Assembly: GCA_018056425.1 (NCBI GenBank)
Contig: JAGPFR010000007.1
Coordinates: forward strand, 2,907 to 66,906
Origin: Lachnospiraceae bacterium
Lineage (GTDB): Bacteria; Bacillota; Clostridia; Lachnospirales; Lachnospiraceae
Length of the DNA stretch: 64,000 nucleotides
Reading direction: 5' to 3'
The first letter of the stretch is position 1. Each line of letters starts with the position of its first letter. A program made the position numbers and the translations under genes. Below are positions 47,999 to 58,334 of this stretch, piece after piece. The notes beneath the pieces are model-generated. The model saw only the letters and a program-made list of their open reading frames with translations, had not been told where the DNA came from and did no database searches.

Positions 47999-48073
47999 AA
48001 CTTAACCTCCCTAAATGGTTATCTATATTCTAAAGTAAAGGCGTAATGCCGATACCCGAATATCAAATTGAAA

Positions 48074-49003
48074 TCAGCCCTTAACGGATCCGACTGTAAG
48101 TCCCTTGATGAAGTACTTCTGGAAGAAGGGATATGCTACCATGATAGGTCCGATGACTACGATAACCGTTGCCATGGTTGCGGAGTTCTGAGGGATTGCT
48201 CCTCCCATTGCCGCTCTTGCAGAAGCAGGGACATTGTTGTTGTTAAGAAGGAACTGAATGCTCTTCTGAATATTTACGAGAAGGAGCTGCAGAGGCTTCT
48301 TGCTGTTGGTATCGATGTAAAGGAGTGCGTTCTGCCAGTCATTCCAGTAAGCGGTTGCCATCATGAAGCCGACAGCTGCAAGCGAGGGCTTAAGAAGAGG
48401 CAGTGTGATCTGGAAGAAGGTTCTGTATTCTCCTGCTCCGTCAATCTTGGCAGCCTCCATAAGCTCGGAAGGGATGCTGTTTACGATGTATGTTCTGAGT
48501 ATGATAACATTCATCGTGCTGACGCAGAGCGGAAGGATCAGGAGAAGCAGACTGTCCTTAAGATGATACAGGGATGTGAATACGATGTATCCGGAGAGCT
48601 GCCCTCCGTTGAAGAGCATAGGGATCAAAAGGAAGATCGCCAAAAACTTTCCAAGTCTGAAATCTTTTCTGCTCATCGCATAAGCATACATGCTCATGAT
48701 CAGAAGTCCGAGAAGAGTTCCGACAACTGTTACAAAAATAGTAACGGCATATGATGTAAAGAGCTGTTTTCCGTACTTAAGAACGGCGTTCATACCGGAC
48801 ATGGACCACTTCTCGGGGAAGAACGAAAATCCATGCTGGGTGATATAGATCTCATCGGTAAATGCTGAGATGAATACCAGAAGTACGGGTGCAAAACAGA
48901 AAATCGTAAATACTATCAGGCAAAGGAGCAGAATGATCTGTCCTGTGCTCATTTTCTCTTTTTTTGAAGGTGCCAGATCGGCATTCTTGTTCATACGCGC
49001 CAT
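48074..49003 (-). CDS. Carbohydrate ABC transporter permease
   Basis: EAAKIDGAGE (EAA motif), YWNDW, YPFFQKYFIKG. Confidence 0.95.
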   Translation of the reverse strand: MARMNKNADLAPSKKEKMSTGQIILLLCLIVFTIFCFAPVLLVFISAFTDEIYITQHGFSFFPEKWSMSGMNAVLKYGKQLFTSYAVTIFVTVVGTLLGLLIMSMYAYAMSRKDFRLGKFLAIFLLIPMLFNGGQLSGYIVFTSLYHLKDSLLLLILPLCVSTMNVIILRTYIVNSIPSELMEAAKIDGAGEYRTFFQITLPLLKPSLAAVGFMMATAYWNDWQNALLYIDTNSKKPLQLLLVNIQKSIQFLLNNNNVPASARAAMGGAIPQNSATMATVIVVIGPIMVAYPFFQKYFIKGLTVGSVKG

Positions 49004-49016
49004 TTCCTTAACCTCC

Positions 49017-49922
49017 TTAGAATAAAGCGTCATCAGGCTCAATCTTCCTAACCATCCAGTTTGCAAAGAGCATCAGGAGCAAACCGACGACCGACTGGAA
49101 GAAGGATGTAGCAGCCGTAAATCCAAAGTTTGAATTCTTGAATATTGCATGGAGTACGTAAGAGTCGATAACCTGTGTGGTCGAGTAGAGCTGGCCGGAA
49201 TCTCTGGTTACCTGGTAGAAAAGACCGGTATCGGATCTCATTACGTTACCTACGGAAAGAAGGAGCATGACGGTGATCATGGGGATCAGACTGGGAAGAG
49301 TGATGTGCCAGATCTTTTTCCATCTGTTTGCACCGTCGATTTCTGCTGCTTCATAAAGCTCGGTATCGATACCTGCAAGAACCGACATATAAAGAACCGA
49401 TCCGTATCCGGTATCCTTCCAGATCTTGGTGATGGTTAAGATAGCGGGCCAGTACTTAGCCTGTGTGTAGAAGCTGGTGCCTGTTCCGAGTGCGCTGTTG
49501 ATAAGTCCGGTGTCCTTGCTGATGAAAGCGTAGACGATGAACTGAACTGCTGCGTAGGAGATGAAGACCGGGATGATCATGAGGGTCTGCATCGCTTTGG
49601 TGGTCTTCTTGAAAATGCACTGGTCAATCGCAACCGCAAGAGCTACGTTCAGGAAAGTTCCCACTGCAGTGAAGATCACATAGTAGAAAAGGGTGTTCCT
49701 TGTCATGGTTACGAAAATATTTTTTGAAGCGATGAGGAACTTGAAGTTATCAAGTCCGCACCAGGGGCTTCCGTAGATTCCCTTCGTAACATCAAAGGTC
49801 TTGAATGCAAGTACGAGACCCGTCATGGGAACGTACATGATGAAAAACAGAACAAGGAATACGGGGAGTGCCAGTACCACGTGTGCTCTATGTTTCCATG
49901 TGTTGTGTAGGAAATCCTTCAT
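49017..49922 (-). CDS. Carbohydrate ABC transporter permease
   Basis: SPWCGLDNF, YEAAEIDGANRW, TQVIDSYV. Confidence 0.95.
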   Translation of the reverse strand: MKDFLHNTWKHRAHVVLALPVFLVLFFIMYVPMTGLVLAFKTFDVTKGIYGSPWCGLDNFKFLIASKNIFVTMTRNTLFYYVIFTAVGTFLNVALAVAIDQCIFKKTTKAMQTLMIIPVFISYAAVQFIVYAFISKDTGLINSALGTGTSFYTQAKYWPAILTITKIWKDTGYGSVLYMSVLAGIDTELYEAAEIDGANRWKKIWHITLPSLIPMITVMLLLSVGNVMRSDTGLFYQVTRDSGQLYSTTQVIDSYVLHAIFKNSNFGFTAATSFFQSVVGLLLMLFANWMVRKIEPDDALF

Positions 49923-49977
49923 TTCGTACCCTTCTTTCTACATTAAAATTTTTGTTCTTAATTAAGCAAAAATTTTA

Positions 49978-50039
49978 CTTAATCGATTTCCTTAATCGAT
50001 TTCGTGCTTAAGAATATATTATTTGACCCATCAATGCAA
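49978..50039 (-). promoter_or_regulatory. ABC-operon promoter with tandem operator repeats
   Basis: TTGCAT-17-TATTCT (50039-50011), followed by two adjacent perfect copies of CTTAATCGATTTC (49978-49990 and 49991-50003). Confidence 0.65.
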
Positions 50040-50201
50040 CCATTTTTTTGCATTTTTTGTGCAAATCTGCACTTTTGGTTAAATATTAACGATGGGTATA
50101 TGTGATTTTTGTCAAATTTTCAAACCGCAATAATTGATATTTATATTGCAATATTTGAGAATATGTGTTCCAGCGGAGGATCCTCCGCAAAGAATGGCTG
50201 T

Positions 50202-51701
50202 TTACTCGTCTTTTGACCAGGCAATGGCGTATTTTACGGCTTTGTGCCAGCCTTTCAAATGTTCCTCAGCTTCGCTCCTGTCACTGTCAGGCTCAAACGC
50301 TCTTCCAAGCTCCCATTTCTCCCTGATCTCATCTTTGTTTTTAAAATATCCGACAGCAAGCCCCGCCAGGAAAGCCGCGCCCATCGCGGTTGTCTCGATA
50401 CATTTGGGCCTGATGACCTTCGTGCCGATAAGATCTGCCTGGAACTTCATGAGGAAGTTATTGGCTGAAGCTCCGCCGTCAACCTTAAGTCCCTGAAGAG
50501 GCGCACCCAGGTCCTCCTCCATCGCCTTCATCACGTCATATGACTGATATGCGATGGATTCAAGAGTTGCCCTGATGAAATGCTCCTTGGTACATCCTCT
50601 TGTAATACCGAATACCGTGCCGCGTGCATACTGGTCCCAGTAAGGAGCGCCCATTCCCGTAAATGCGGGAACGACATATACTCCCGTACTGTCCTTGACT
50701 CTGTCCGCGTATTCCTCGGTCTGTGCGGCGCTCTTGACCATCCTCATGCTGTCTCTGAGCCACTGGACAGCTGCGCCCGCAACAAAGACCGAGCCCTCAA
50801 GTGCATACTCTGGTTTATCGGAAGTGCATGCAGCCATGGTGGTAAGAAGTCCGTTCGATGAAACAACGGGCTCCGAACCGGTATTCATCAGGATGAATGA
50901 GCCCGTTCCGTATGTATTCTTAACATCACCCTTATCAAAACAGCACTGTCCGAAAAGTGCAGCCTGCTGGTCTCCTGCGGCTCCGGCAATGGGGATCCAT
51001 CCTCCCATTACCTTTTCGCTCGTATATCCGTACTGAGCGCTGCTGGGCTTTACTTCGGGAAGCATACTCGCGGGAATGTTGAACAGCTTAAGAAGATCCT
51101 TGTCCCACTTAAGCGTATGGATATTAAACAGCATTGTTCTGGCTGCATTGGTGTAGTCGGTTACATGTACGAGTCCGCCTGTCAGATTCCAGATCAGCCA
51201 TGTGTCAACGGTTCCGAAAACAAGTCTTCCTTTTTCTGCTTTCTCCCTTGCTCCGTCAACATTATCAAGGATCCATGCTATCTTGCTTGCACTGAAATAT
51301 GCATCGGGAACAAGGCCGGTCTTTTCGGATATCATATCCGAACGGCCTGCCGCGACTATCTTATCTATCATGGGTGCGGTTCTTCTGCACTGCCAGACTA
51401 TAGCGTTATATACCGGCTCTCCGGTTTCTTTGTCCCATACGATCGTAGTCTCACGCTGATTTGTAATACCGATCGCGGCGATATCGGAAGCATCTATACC
51501 GAGATTGGCCATTGCCTCTCTTGCAACAGAGATCTGTGAAGACCAGATTTCTCTGGGATTGTGTTCTACCCATCCCGGCTGGGGATAATACTGATCGAAT
51601 TCTTTTTGCGCGATTGCTTTTATCCGCGCATCTTTATCGAATATGATCCCTCTTGAACTGGTAGTTCCCTGATCGAGTGCAAGAATATATTTTTCTCCCA
51701 T
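50202..51701 (-). CDS. glpK: Glycerol kinase
   Basis: [37 protein letters not shown]. Confidence 0.97.
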   Translation of the reverse strand: MGEKYILALDQGTTSSRGIIFDKDARIKAIAQKEFDQYYPQPGWVEHNPREIWSSQISVAREAMANLGIDASDIAAIGITNQRETTIVWDKETGEPVYNAIVWQCRRTAPMIDKIVAAGRSDMISEKTGLVPDAYFSASKIAWILDNVDGAREKAEKGRLVFGTVDTWLIWNLTGGLVHVTDYTNAARTMLFNIHTLKWDKDLLKLFNIPASMLPEVKPSSAQYGYTSEKVMGGWIPIAGAAGDQQAALFGQCCFDKGDVKNTYGTGSFILMNTGSEPVVSSNGLLTTMAACTSDKPEYALEGSVFVAGAAVQWLRDSMRMVKSAAQTEEYADRVKDSTGVYVVPAFTGMGAPYWDQYARGTVFGITRGCTKEHFIRATLESIAYQSYDVMKAMEEDLGAPLQGLKVDGGASANNFLMKFQADLIGTKVIRPKCIETTAMGAAFLAGLAVGYFKNKDEIREKWELGRAFEPDSDRSEAEEHLKGWHKAVKYAIAWSKDE

Positions 51702-51715
51702 AAGCTTTCTCCGTA

Positions 51716-52075
51716 TCAATCGTCATTTGAAGTAACGATAACATTAACGCCGGTGCCTGCCACATTCTCGGCTGCTATATCCCCTATCTTCACAGGTGCG
51801 GTAAGTTCAATATCCTTGAGAGCTTTTACGACATCCATCATTTTATCTTTGGGAACATCCCCCTGAGTTTTGACGGATACGACAGGTCTCTTTCCGTTCT
51901 TAAGTCTTACAAGACTCGTCACGCATCTGACGGGATGTGTAACTTCATTTGCCGCATATTCCTCCCCGCGGGGGCAGGAATTTCCGGTGATGTCTTTAAC
52001 TTCCCCGTTTTCAAGCGTGACTGTGATGTGGCAACCGATCGGGCATCTTATGCATGTCAATTCGCGTTTTTCCAT
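51716..52075 (-). CDS. DUF1667 metal-binding subunit
   Basis: [15 protein letters not shown]. Confidence 0.9.
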   Translation of the reverse strand: MEKRELTCIRCPIGCHITVTLENGEVKDITGNSCPRGEEYAANEVTHPVRCVTSLVRLKNGKRPVVSVKTQGDVPKDKMMDVVKALKDIELTAPVKIGDIAAENVAGTGVNVIVTSNDD

Positions 52076-52077
52076 GA

Positions 52078-53373
52078 TCAGTCCTCCACTCTTATTACAA
52101 GTTCATGTTCTGTTTTGCCGGAGCTTTCGGTTATTTCCAGAACCTTGCTCTTCACAAGTATGATCTGTTCCATTTCACCGGGAGCCATTACTCTCTTGGG
52201 AAGTTTCATAAGCTGCTTTCCGTCGAGGTATACCCCAAGGTTTGTATTGCGGTATTCGTTACCCACTCTGAATCTTACGGTGAGGGTATCCGGCATGATG
52301 CCGCACCTTACGGTTGAAGGCACGCTGTATCTGACACCGTTCTCGGTTCTTATACTGATAACGTCTCCGGGATCTTTACTTATACCGCGGACATATCCTG
52401 CAGCGTTTTTACCTGCCGCGGAAGCTTCGCCGGATACGTAATCGACGAGGTCATGTACGTGAAGTACGTTACCGCATGCGAACACCCCGGGTATTGAAGT
52501 TTCCAGACTCTCGTTTACAAACGCACCGTTTGTCACGGGATTCATCCGGACTCCGAGTTTGTTGGAAAGTTCATTCTCAGGTATCAGGCCGCAGGATAAC
52601 AGAAGCGTATCGCATTCATAGAAAACCTCGGTTCCCGGAATGGGCTTTCTGTTTTCATCAACTTCCGCTATCGTAACGCCCTCGACTCGTTCTTTGCCCT
52701 TGATGTCGACAACGGTATGGCTAAGGAGGAGTGGTATATCGAAATCATCAAGGCACTGGACTATGTTTCTCTTAAGTCCGCCGGAATAAGGCTGAAGCTC
52801 TGCAACGCATAAAACCTTTGCACCTTCATATGTCATACGCCTTGCCATGATAAGTCCGATATCGCCGGATCCGAGTATGACTACTTTTTTTCCGGGCATA
52901 CGTCCTTCAATATTTACATAGTACTGAGCAGTACCCGCAGAATATATTCCCGCAGGTCTGTATCCGGGAATGTTCAGAGCGCCCCTCGGTCTTTCCCTGC
53001 ATCCCATTGCAAGGATCACGGCACGTGCCGTGACGGTAAATAAACCTTCATCAGGATTCATCGCAGTAATGATCTTATTTTCGCCCTCTTCATCCGCTGA
53101 TATATCCACCACCATCGTATCAAGCATATAGGGAATCTTTTCGTCCTCTATCTGCTCTATGAAACGCGCCGCGTATTCGGGACCCGTAAGCTCCTCTTTA
53201 AATGTATGAAGTCCGAATCCGTTATGTATGCACTGATTAAGGATACCTCCGAGCCTTGTATCCCTTTCGAGTATAAGTATATCCTGAAGTCCTTCTTTGC
53301 GGGCGGATGCCGCCGCAGCAAGTCCTGCTGGTCCGCCGCCTATGATAACAAGATCTGCTTTTTTATCAGCCAT
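52078..53373 (-). CDS. NAD(P)/FAD-dependent oxidoreductase (TrxB-like subunit of a putative glycerol-3-phosphate dehydrogenase)
   Basis: IIGGGPAG, GGILNQCIHNGFG, ELTGPEY, GNVLHVHDLVD. Confidence 0.9.
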   Translation of the reverse strand: MADKKADLVIIGGGPAGLAAAASARKEGLQDILILERDTRLGGILNQCIHNGFGLHTFKEELTGPEYAARFIEQIEDEKIPYMLDTMVVDISADEEGENKIITAMNPDEGLFTVTARAVILAMGCRERPRGALNIPGYRPAGIYSAGTAQYYVNIEGRMPGKKVVILGSGDIGLIMARRMTYEGAKVLCVAELQPYSGGLKRNIVQCLDDFDIPLLLSHTVVDIKGKERVEGVTIAEVDENRKPIPGTEVFYECDTLLLSCGLIPENELSNKLGVRMNPVTNGAFVNESLETSIPGVFACGNVLHVHDLVDYVSGEASAAGKNAAGYVRGISKDPGDVISIRTENGVRYSVPSTVRCGIMPDTLTVRFRVGNEYRNTNLGVYLDGKQLMKLPKRVMAPGEMEQIILVKSKVLEITESSGKTEHELVIRVED

Positions 53374-53382
53374 ATCCGCTCC

Positions 53383-54831
53383 TTACAGACTGTCCTTAAT
53401 CTTACCTTCGATGTAATAAGATCTTTTACCGCTCTTTCTGATCTCTTCTTCGTCAACTCCGAGTGCCTCGGCAAGAAGAGGTATTGTTCTTGCCAGACAA
53501 AATCCGGTCTGACATCTTCCCATTCCCGCTCTGGTCCTTCTCTTGATCCCGTCGACTGTCCTTGCACCGAGAGTTCTGTTTATGGCATTTTTGATCTCAC
53601 CTTCGGTTACAAGTTCGCATCTGCAGATAACGTGTGCGTATGAAGGATCCGATTTGATGAGCTCTGCTCTTTCTTCGGGAGTTGCAAGTGCCATTGAAGG
53701 AATTCCTTTTCTGGTTTCTTTGAAATTCTCCTTCCCGGATGCTCCGAGCATATCCTTTACAAGGTCTGCAACATATGCGCCGATCGCGGGTGCTGCCGTA
53801 AGTCCGGGAGATTCTATTCCCGCAGCATCTATGAATCCCGGAGAATCCTTTACTTCTCCGATTATAAAATCGCCTCCGTCTTCATGAGCCCTGAGTCCTG
53901 CAAATGAAGTAATGGTCAGTCTCGGAAGTTTGTTAACGGAAAGTGCGCCTCTTGCAAAAAGCTGATCAAGTCCTTCAGCCGAGGTTGATGTATCTTCGGG
54001 ATCATCCACAGCTTCGGCAGTAGGTCCGACCATAAGATTTCCGTGAACCGTAGGTGTTACCAGAACTCCTTTTCCGAGTTTTGACGGAAGCTGGAATAAA
54101 GTAGCTCCGACAAGATCTCCCGCCATCTTATCCATAAGCAGATACTCGCCCTTTCTGGGAGTGATATGTATCTTCTCATCGGATACCATGTTGTGGAATC
54201 TGTCACTGTATACTCCCGCCGCATTGATGACAAGCTTTGTATCAATAACCCCGGAAGTGGTATTAAGGCTGTAATAACTCGGACCGTCTTCGGCTTTTTT
54301 CCTGACAATATCCTGAACTTCGGTATCAAACTTAAAAACGACACCATTGTCAGCTGCGTTTTCCGCAAACGCAATTGTCATGTTAAACGGACATACGATC
54401 CCGCCGGTTGGTGCATAGAGAGCACATACCGCAGCATCCGAAACATTCGGTTCAAGCCTCAGAAGATCTTCTTTTTCAAGTATTCGAAGACCGGGCACAC
54501 CGTTAGCTCTTCCCCTTTCGAGAAGTTCCTCTATTCCCGCTCTTCCTTCTTCTTCGAGCGCAAGAACCAAAGACCCGTTTTCCTTAAAAGGAAAATCAAG
54601 AGTCCGGGAAAGTTCATGTATTAATTTATTTCCTTCAACATTGAATCTTGCCTTGAGAGTTCCGGGTTTTGCATCATAGCCGGAATGAACTATCCCGCTG
54701 TTTGCCTTGGATGTTCCCTCGCAAACATCGGATTCTTTTTCCAGTACAAGAACTTCAAGATCATATCTTGATAATTCCCTGGCTATAGCACTTCCCGTTA
54801 CACCGGCTCCGATAATCGTGACATCAATCAT
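53383..54831 (-). CDS. FAD-dependent oxidoreductase with BFD-like [2Fe-2S] tail (GlpA/LhgO-like)
   Basis: IIGAGVTG, TSKANSGIVHSG, GIESPGLTAAPA, CRCE...CQTGFC; start ATG 54831. Confidence 0.9.
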   Translation of the reverse strand: MIDVTIIGAGVTGSAIARELSRYDLEVLVLEKESDVCEGTSKANSGIVHSGYDAKPGTLKARFNVEGNKLIHELSRTLDFPFKENGSLVLALEEEGRAGIEELLERGRANGVPGLRILEKEDLLRLEPNVSDAAVCALYAPTGGIVCPFNMTIAFAENAADNGVVFKFDTEVQDIVRKKAEDGPSYYSLNTTSGVIDTKLVINAAGVYSDRFHNMVSDEKIHITPRKGEYLLMDKMAGDLVGATLFQLPSKLGKGVLVTPTVHGNLMVGPTAEAVDDPEDTSTSAEGLDQLFARGALSVNKLPRLTITSFAGLRAHEDGGDFIIGEVKDSPGFIDAAGIESPGLTAAPAIGAYVADLVKDMLGASGKENFKETRKGIPSMALATPEERAELIKSDPSYAHVICRCELVTEGEIKNAINRTLGARTVDGIKRRTRAGMGRCQTGFCLARTIPLLAEALGVDEEEIRKSGKRSYYIEGKIKDSL

Positions 54832-54872
54832 ATGTACCTCCGATCCGGGCAATAGAAACATATAGAAAATTT

Positions 54873-54917
54873 TCTTGGAAACTAATAATATTTTATCAGT
54901 TTCCAAGACTTTTTCAA
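54873..54917 (-). promoter_or_regulatory. Glycerol-operon promoter with an 11-14-11 palindromic operator candidate
   Basis: TCTTGGAAACT-N14-AGTTTCCAAGA brackets a TAAAAT -10 (54890-54895); TTGAAA -35 at 54912-54917 (16-bp spacer). Confidence 0.55.
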
Positions 54918-54949
54918 GAAGTAAGAATCATCAAATAAATCGCGGCTTT

Positions 54950-57355
54950 TTATGAAGTTTGACGGGCGGCAGAACGTATCTCCTTCATATACAGGACTGC
55001 CTTGTCATAATCTTCTGCGGATATCTCGCGTCCGGAGAATGCCGCTTCTCTTACTATATTTGCGACATCCATTATCTTATCTTTAGTCTCCTGAAGATCA
55101 AAGTTTCCGGTAAGTTCCTCTGCCACGCTGACACTGTCGGCATTCGAAGATGTGATGAGTTTCTTCTTAATAAGATAAGAAGTATAGGATCTGTATCTTA
55201 CGAGTACCGCTTCGCTGTATTTTCCTTTTCTCCTGTACGACAGGATCCTGAGAAGCGTAACAATGCGCTTTATCAAAGGTATCGCAAGAAGGATCAGAAT
55301 TACTGCGGCAAGCGAATATCCGATGGGTCTTACCAGGAATTCAAGGCTTTCTGCGATCTTTCCGAATGTTCCGAATGCTCTGTCGCCTATTCCGCCGCCT
55401 TCTTCCGCTCCTTCGGCATCATCTCTTTGTGCTGCGGTAAAGAGTCCGGATAGGATTCCGAACAATCCGTTCATGGAAACATCGTCCTCATCTCCGAAAG
55501 AAGGAGGAGTCATTTCGTAGGGGATCCATCCGTAGTTCGGAATATATATCTCAACCCATGCATGTGCTGCAGCATCGGTTATTTCTACTTCAACCGTTGT
55601 TTTTCCGTCTTCTTCCGATACGATGACACCGTTTTGGAGATCCGAAGCCTGTATGATATAGCCCTCGCAGTACCTTGCCGGAATACCGATATATCTCAGA
55701 AGCATTGTTGCGGAGGATGCAAAATGCATGCAGTATCCCCTGTCCTGATTGGTCAGGAAATAATCCACAACATCCGCTCCAATGGGAGTTCTTCCGGGGG
55801 TAAGGGAATATCTGTAGTTCTCCGCGAAATACTTTTCAAGCTTATAGCATGCAAGAAGCATACCCTCGCTTCCCCTTTCCGCTACGATCATGTCCGCCCT
55901 CCTGACGGTAGCATCAAGAGTGGGGATAAGGCTCTCGGGAACGCTCAGGTAGTTGGTGAAAGCATATTGTGAATAGGCGTACATATCCGGATCATCCGTG
56001 GGATATGATACGGAGACGGGATTGGGAATATAAGTGACCGTGTACACTCCTTCGGGATCACCGTCCACATCCGTTGTATGGTAGGGTCTGAAATAGTACC
56101 CCTCACCTGCATCGATGTTTTCTATCTGCATTGTTCTGAGTTCTTCACCCTCTTCATAGTGAAAGGGTTCGGAATCGGCAGGATATTCCGTATTCTTATC
56201 TTCGAAAAATCTGTCCGTCTGATATTTGCCTCCGACAAACGCTCTAAGATAGACAGTATCGGTTGACTCGGGAACATAGGTCACTATCAGGTCTGTTTCA
56301 TAATCCGGAGCAACGGATCCGATTCCTCCGAGCCTTCCCTCTGCCAGTCCTCCTCTTGCGGAATAGCGGTTGAACAGCGAATTCAGTCCGTTCATTACCA
56401 GCGCTTCGACATAATCATCCGTTCTGTTTTTCAGCTTGTTTGATACGTACTTGGTCGAATATGTATCACCGAAAGCAACGCCGGATATTACGAAAAACAC
56501 AAGTGACATGATCAGTGATACGGTAAAGACCGACAGCATTCCTTTTGCGGACAGAATGTATGAATCTTCCGAACCCTTTCTCATACGGCGCCTTGAGAAC
56601 GATTCGTATTTTTTATATCTGTACGGAAGTGCATAATATCCCGCCCTTGACAGTACGAGTACGGAAGCGTAGCACATGATGAGCATCGTCATGCACAGAT
56701 ATGAAGGATATCTGTCAATGTAAAACACGGTCTGAAGAGGCAGGAATGTAATGACGAATGTAAGAACGGGATTCATGTAACTTGATATCGTTACATTGAG
56801 CATGATGCAGTAAACCCATCCGAGGAAGATCGCCATGATGGGAACGGACAGATTTCTGTCGGTTATGATCTCGTCAGAAACTCTCAGTGCGGGCAGAGAG
56901 AAGTAATCGACATATGCCTCGTTCAATTCATTCATGAATGCCTGAAATCCGGAGTTGATATACGAATACATCACCACGGAGAAAAAAAAGAACGATATAA
57001 ACATCACGATATAACCGGCATAGAAAGTAAAACGGTTATAGTAGATCGCAGCAGAGAAGATCGACAGGATAAGGATTCCCGCAAACACTTTTCCCTGTCC
57101 GTATCCGAGTCCGAATGCAGAGATCATCCCCCACACCGTTCCGTATGCTGCCAGGAATATAAGCAGTCCTCTTAAGAGCACGGAAACAAACTTGTGCGGC
57201 ATGTGATCAAGCAAGACATCTTCTTTGCAGACACCTCTCCGCGCAAGCTCTTCATCTCTCTTTTTGATCTCCCTCCTGCCGAGTATTCCGGGATGAGGGT
57301 CTGTTCTGAGAGACAAGATTCGTTTTTTTAATTTAGCACTATCCTGTCGTGACAT
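54950..57355 (-). CDS. Membrane transglutaminase-like (TgpA-like) protein
   Basis: N-terminal TM helices; GYCMHFASS...GIPARYCEGY, HAWVEIY...GWIPYE; C-terminal TM. Confidence 0.92.
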   Translation of the reverse strand: MSRQDSAKLKKRILSLRTDPHPGILGRREIKKRDEELARRGVCKEDVLLDHMPHKFVSVLLRGLLIFLAAYGTVWGMISAFGLGYGQGKVFAGILILSIFSAAIYYNRFTFYAGYIVMFISFFFFSVVMYSYINSGFQAFMNELNEAYVDYFSLPALRVSDEIITDRNLSVPIMAIFLGWVYCIMLNVTISSYMNPVLTFVITFLPLQTVFYIDRYPSYLCMTMLIMCYASVLVLSRAGYYALPYRYKKYESFSRRRMRKGSEDSYILSAKGMLSVFTVSLIMSLVFFVISGVAFGDTYSTKYVSNKLKNRTDDYVEALVMNGLNSLFNRYSARGGLAEGRLGGIGSVAPDYETDLIVTYVPESTDTVYLRAFVGGKYQTDRFFEDKNTEYPADSEPFHYEEGEELRTMQIENIDAGEGYYFRPYHTTDVDGDPEGVYTVTYIPNPVSVSYPTDDPDMYAYSQYAFTNYLSVPESLIPTLDATVRRADMIVAERGSEGMLLACYKLEKYFAENYRYSLTPGRTPIGADVVDYFLTNQDRGYCMHFASSATMLLRYIGIPARYCEGYIIQASDLQNGVIVSEEDGKTTVEVEITDAAAHAWVEIYIPNYGWIPYEMTPPSFGDEDDVSMNGLFGILSGLFTAAQRDDAEGAEEGGGIGDRAFGTFGKIAESLEFLVRPIGYSLAAVILILLAIPLIKRIVTLLRILSYRRKGKYSEAVLVRYRSYTSYLIKKKLITSSNADSVSVAEELTGNFDLQETKDKIMDVANIVREAAFSGREISAEDYDKAVLYMKEIRSAARQTS

Positions 57356-58332
57356 ATCCTTATCGCACCGTAACTTGCAGGGTTCTGATTCATGTAAACC
57401 GAATAGACTTCTTCTGCGGAAGCCTTCTTTCTCATGATCTCATACAGACTTTCATCAAGACTTCTGTCATCGCTTACGTTCATGTACGAGAAGATCTTTG
57501 TATCGGGATCGTAGATCGCAGTTCGAAATCCCATATTCTGCGAAAGCATTTTTTTACCGAGTGAGTAATAGTATATAAGCGTACCTTCCTCCGAATCCTT
57601 TATAACCTCGGGCAGAAGAAGATACATCAGGTCGATACTTCTTTCGTATTCTTTGACCATAAGTTCACCGGCTGATGCGGAAGCTTTCCAGTGAATGTCG
57701 CGAAGTCTGTCGCCCGCCCTGTATTCGCGAAGCTGTCTGATATCCCTTGTCAGTTCTCCGCTTTCCGAAGGCAGATCGTCGAAGGGCTCTCCTTCGAATT
57801 TCGGAAGATCCTTATCGGGCAAAGGGATAACCCCGGGCATTACTGGAATCGTGATATGAATGTTTACCTTGCCGGTAAAAGTATGGAAATGAAGAGGATC
57901 GCTTATAAGTATCTTATCCGCATCAAAAACAAACATCCCGGGAATGGATGTTTTAAAGCTCATTGAAATGTGTTCCGATGCAAAGCTCTCCCCCGCAAGT
58001 GTCATGGAAAACTTTTCATCATCCTGTCTGTAGAAATTGTAAAAAGAATACAGAAGTGTGCAGCGAAGAAGCGGAACGGGTGAAGTGTTTCTGATATGAA
58101 ATCTTATCCTGAATTCATCGCCGGCTGTTATATGCTCTGAAGGAGCAGTTGCCGTTACCGAAATATGCTTATATCCGTACGCACCGGATGCAAGAGATAT
58201 AAAAGGAAGGATTATAAGAAAAACCAGGAGCACAGAAGCAAGCGGTTGTCTGTAGAAAACTGTTACCAGTAAAACAACCGCCACCATCATCACATATGAA
58301 ATAATATACAGAGCATTTTTAAGATGTTCCAT
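57328..58332 (-). CDS. DUF58 protein
   Basis: Two N-terminal TM helices; LREYRAGDRLRDIHWKASA...LMVKEYE. Confidence 0.92.
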   Translation of the reverse strand: MEHLKNALYIISYVMMVAVVLLVTVFYRQPLASVLLVFLIILPFISLASGAYGYKHISVTATAPSEHITAGDEFRIRFHIRNTSPVPLLRCTLLYSFYNFYRQDDEKFSMTLAGESFASEHISMSFKTSIPGMFVFDADKILISDPLHFHTFTGKVNIHITIPVMPGVIPLPDKDLPKFEGEPFDDLPSESGELTRDIRQLREYRAGDRLRDIHWKASASAGELMVKEYERSIDLMYLLLPEVIKDSEEGTLIYYYSLGKKMLSQNMGFRTAIYDPDTKIFSYMNVSDDRSLDESLYEIMRKKASAEEVYSVYMNQNPASYGAIRICHDRIVLN

Positions 58333-58334
58333 AT

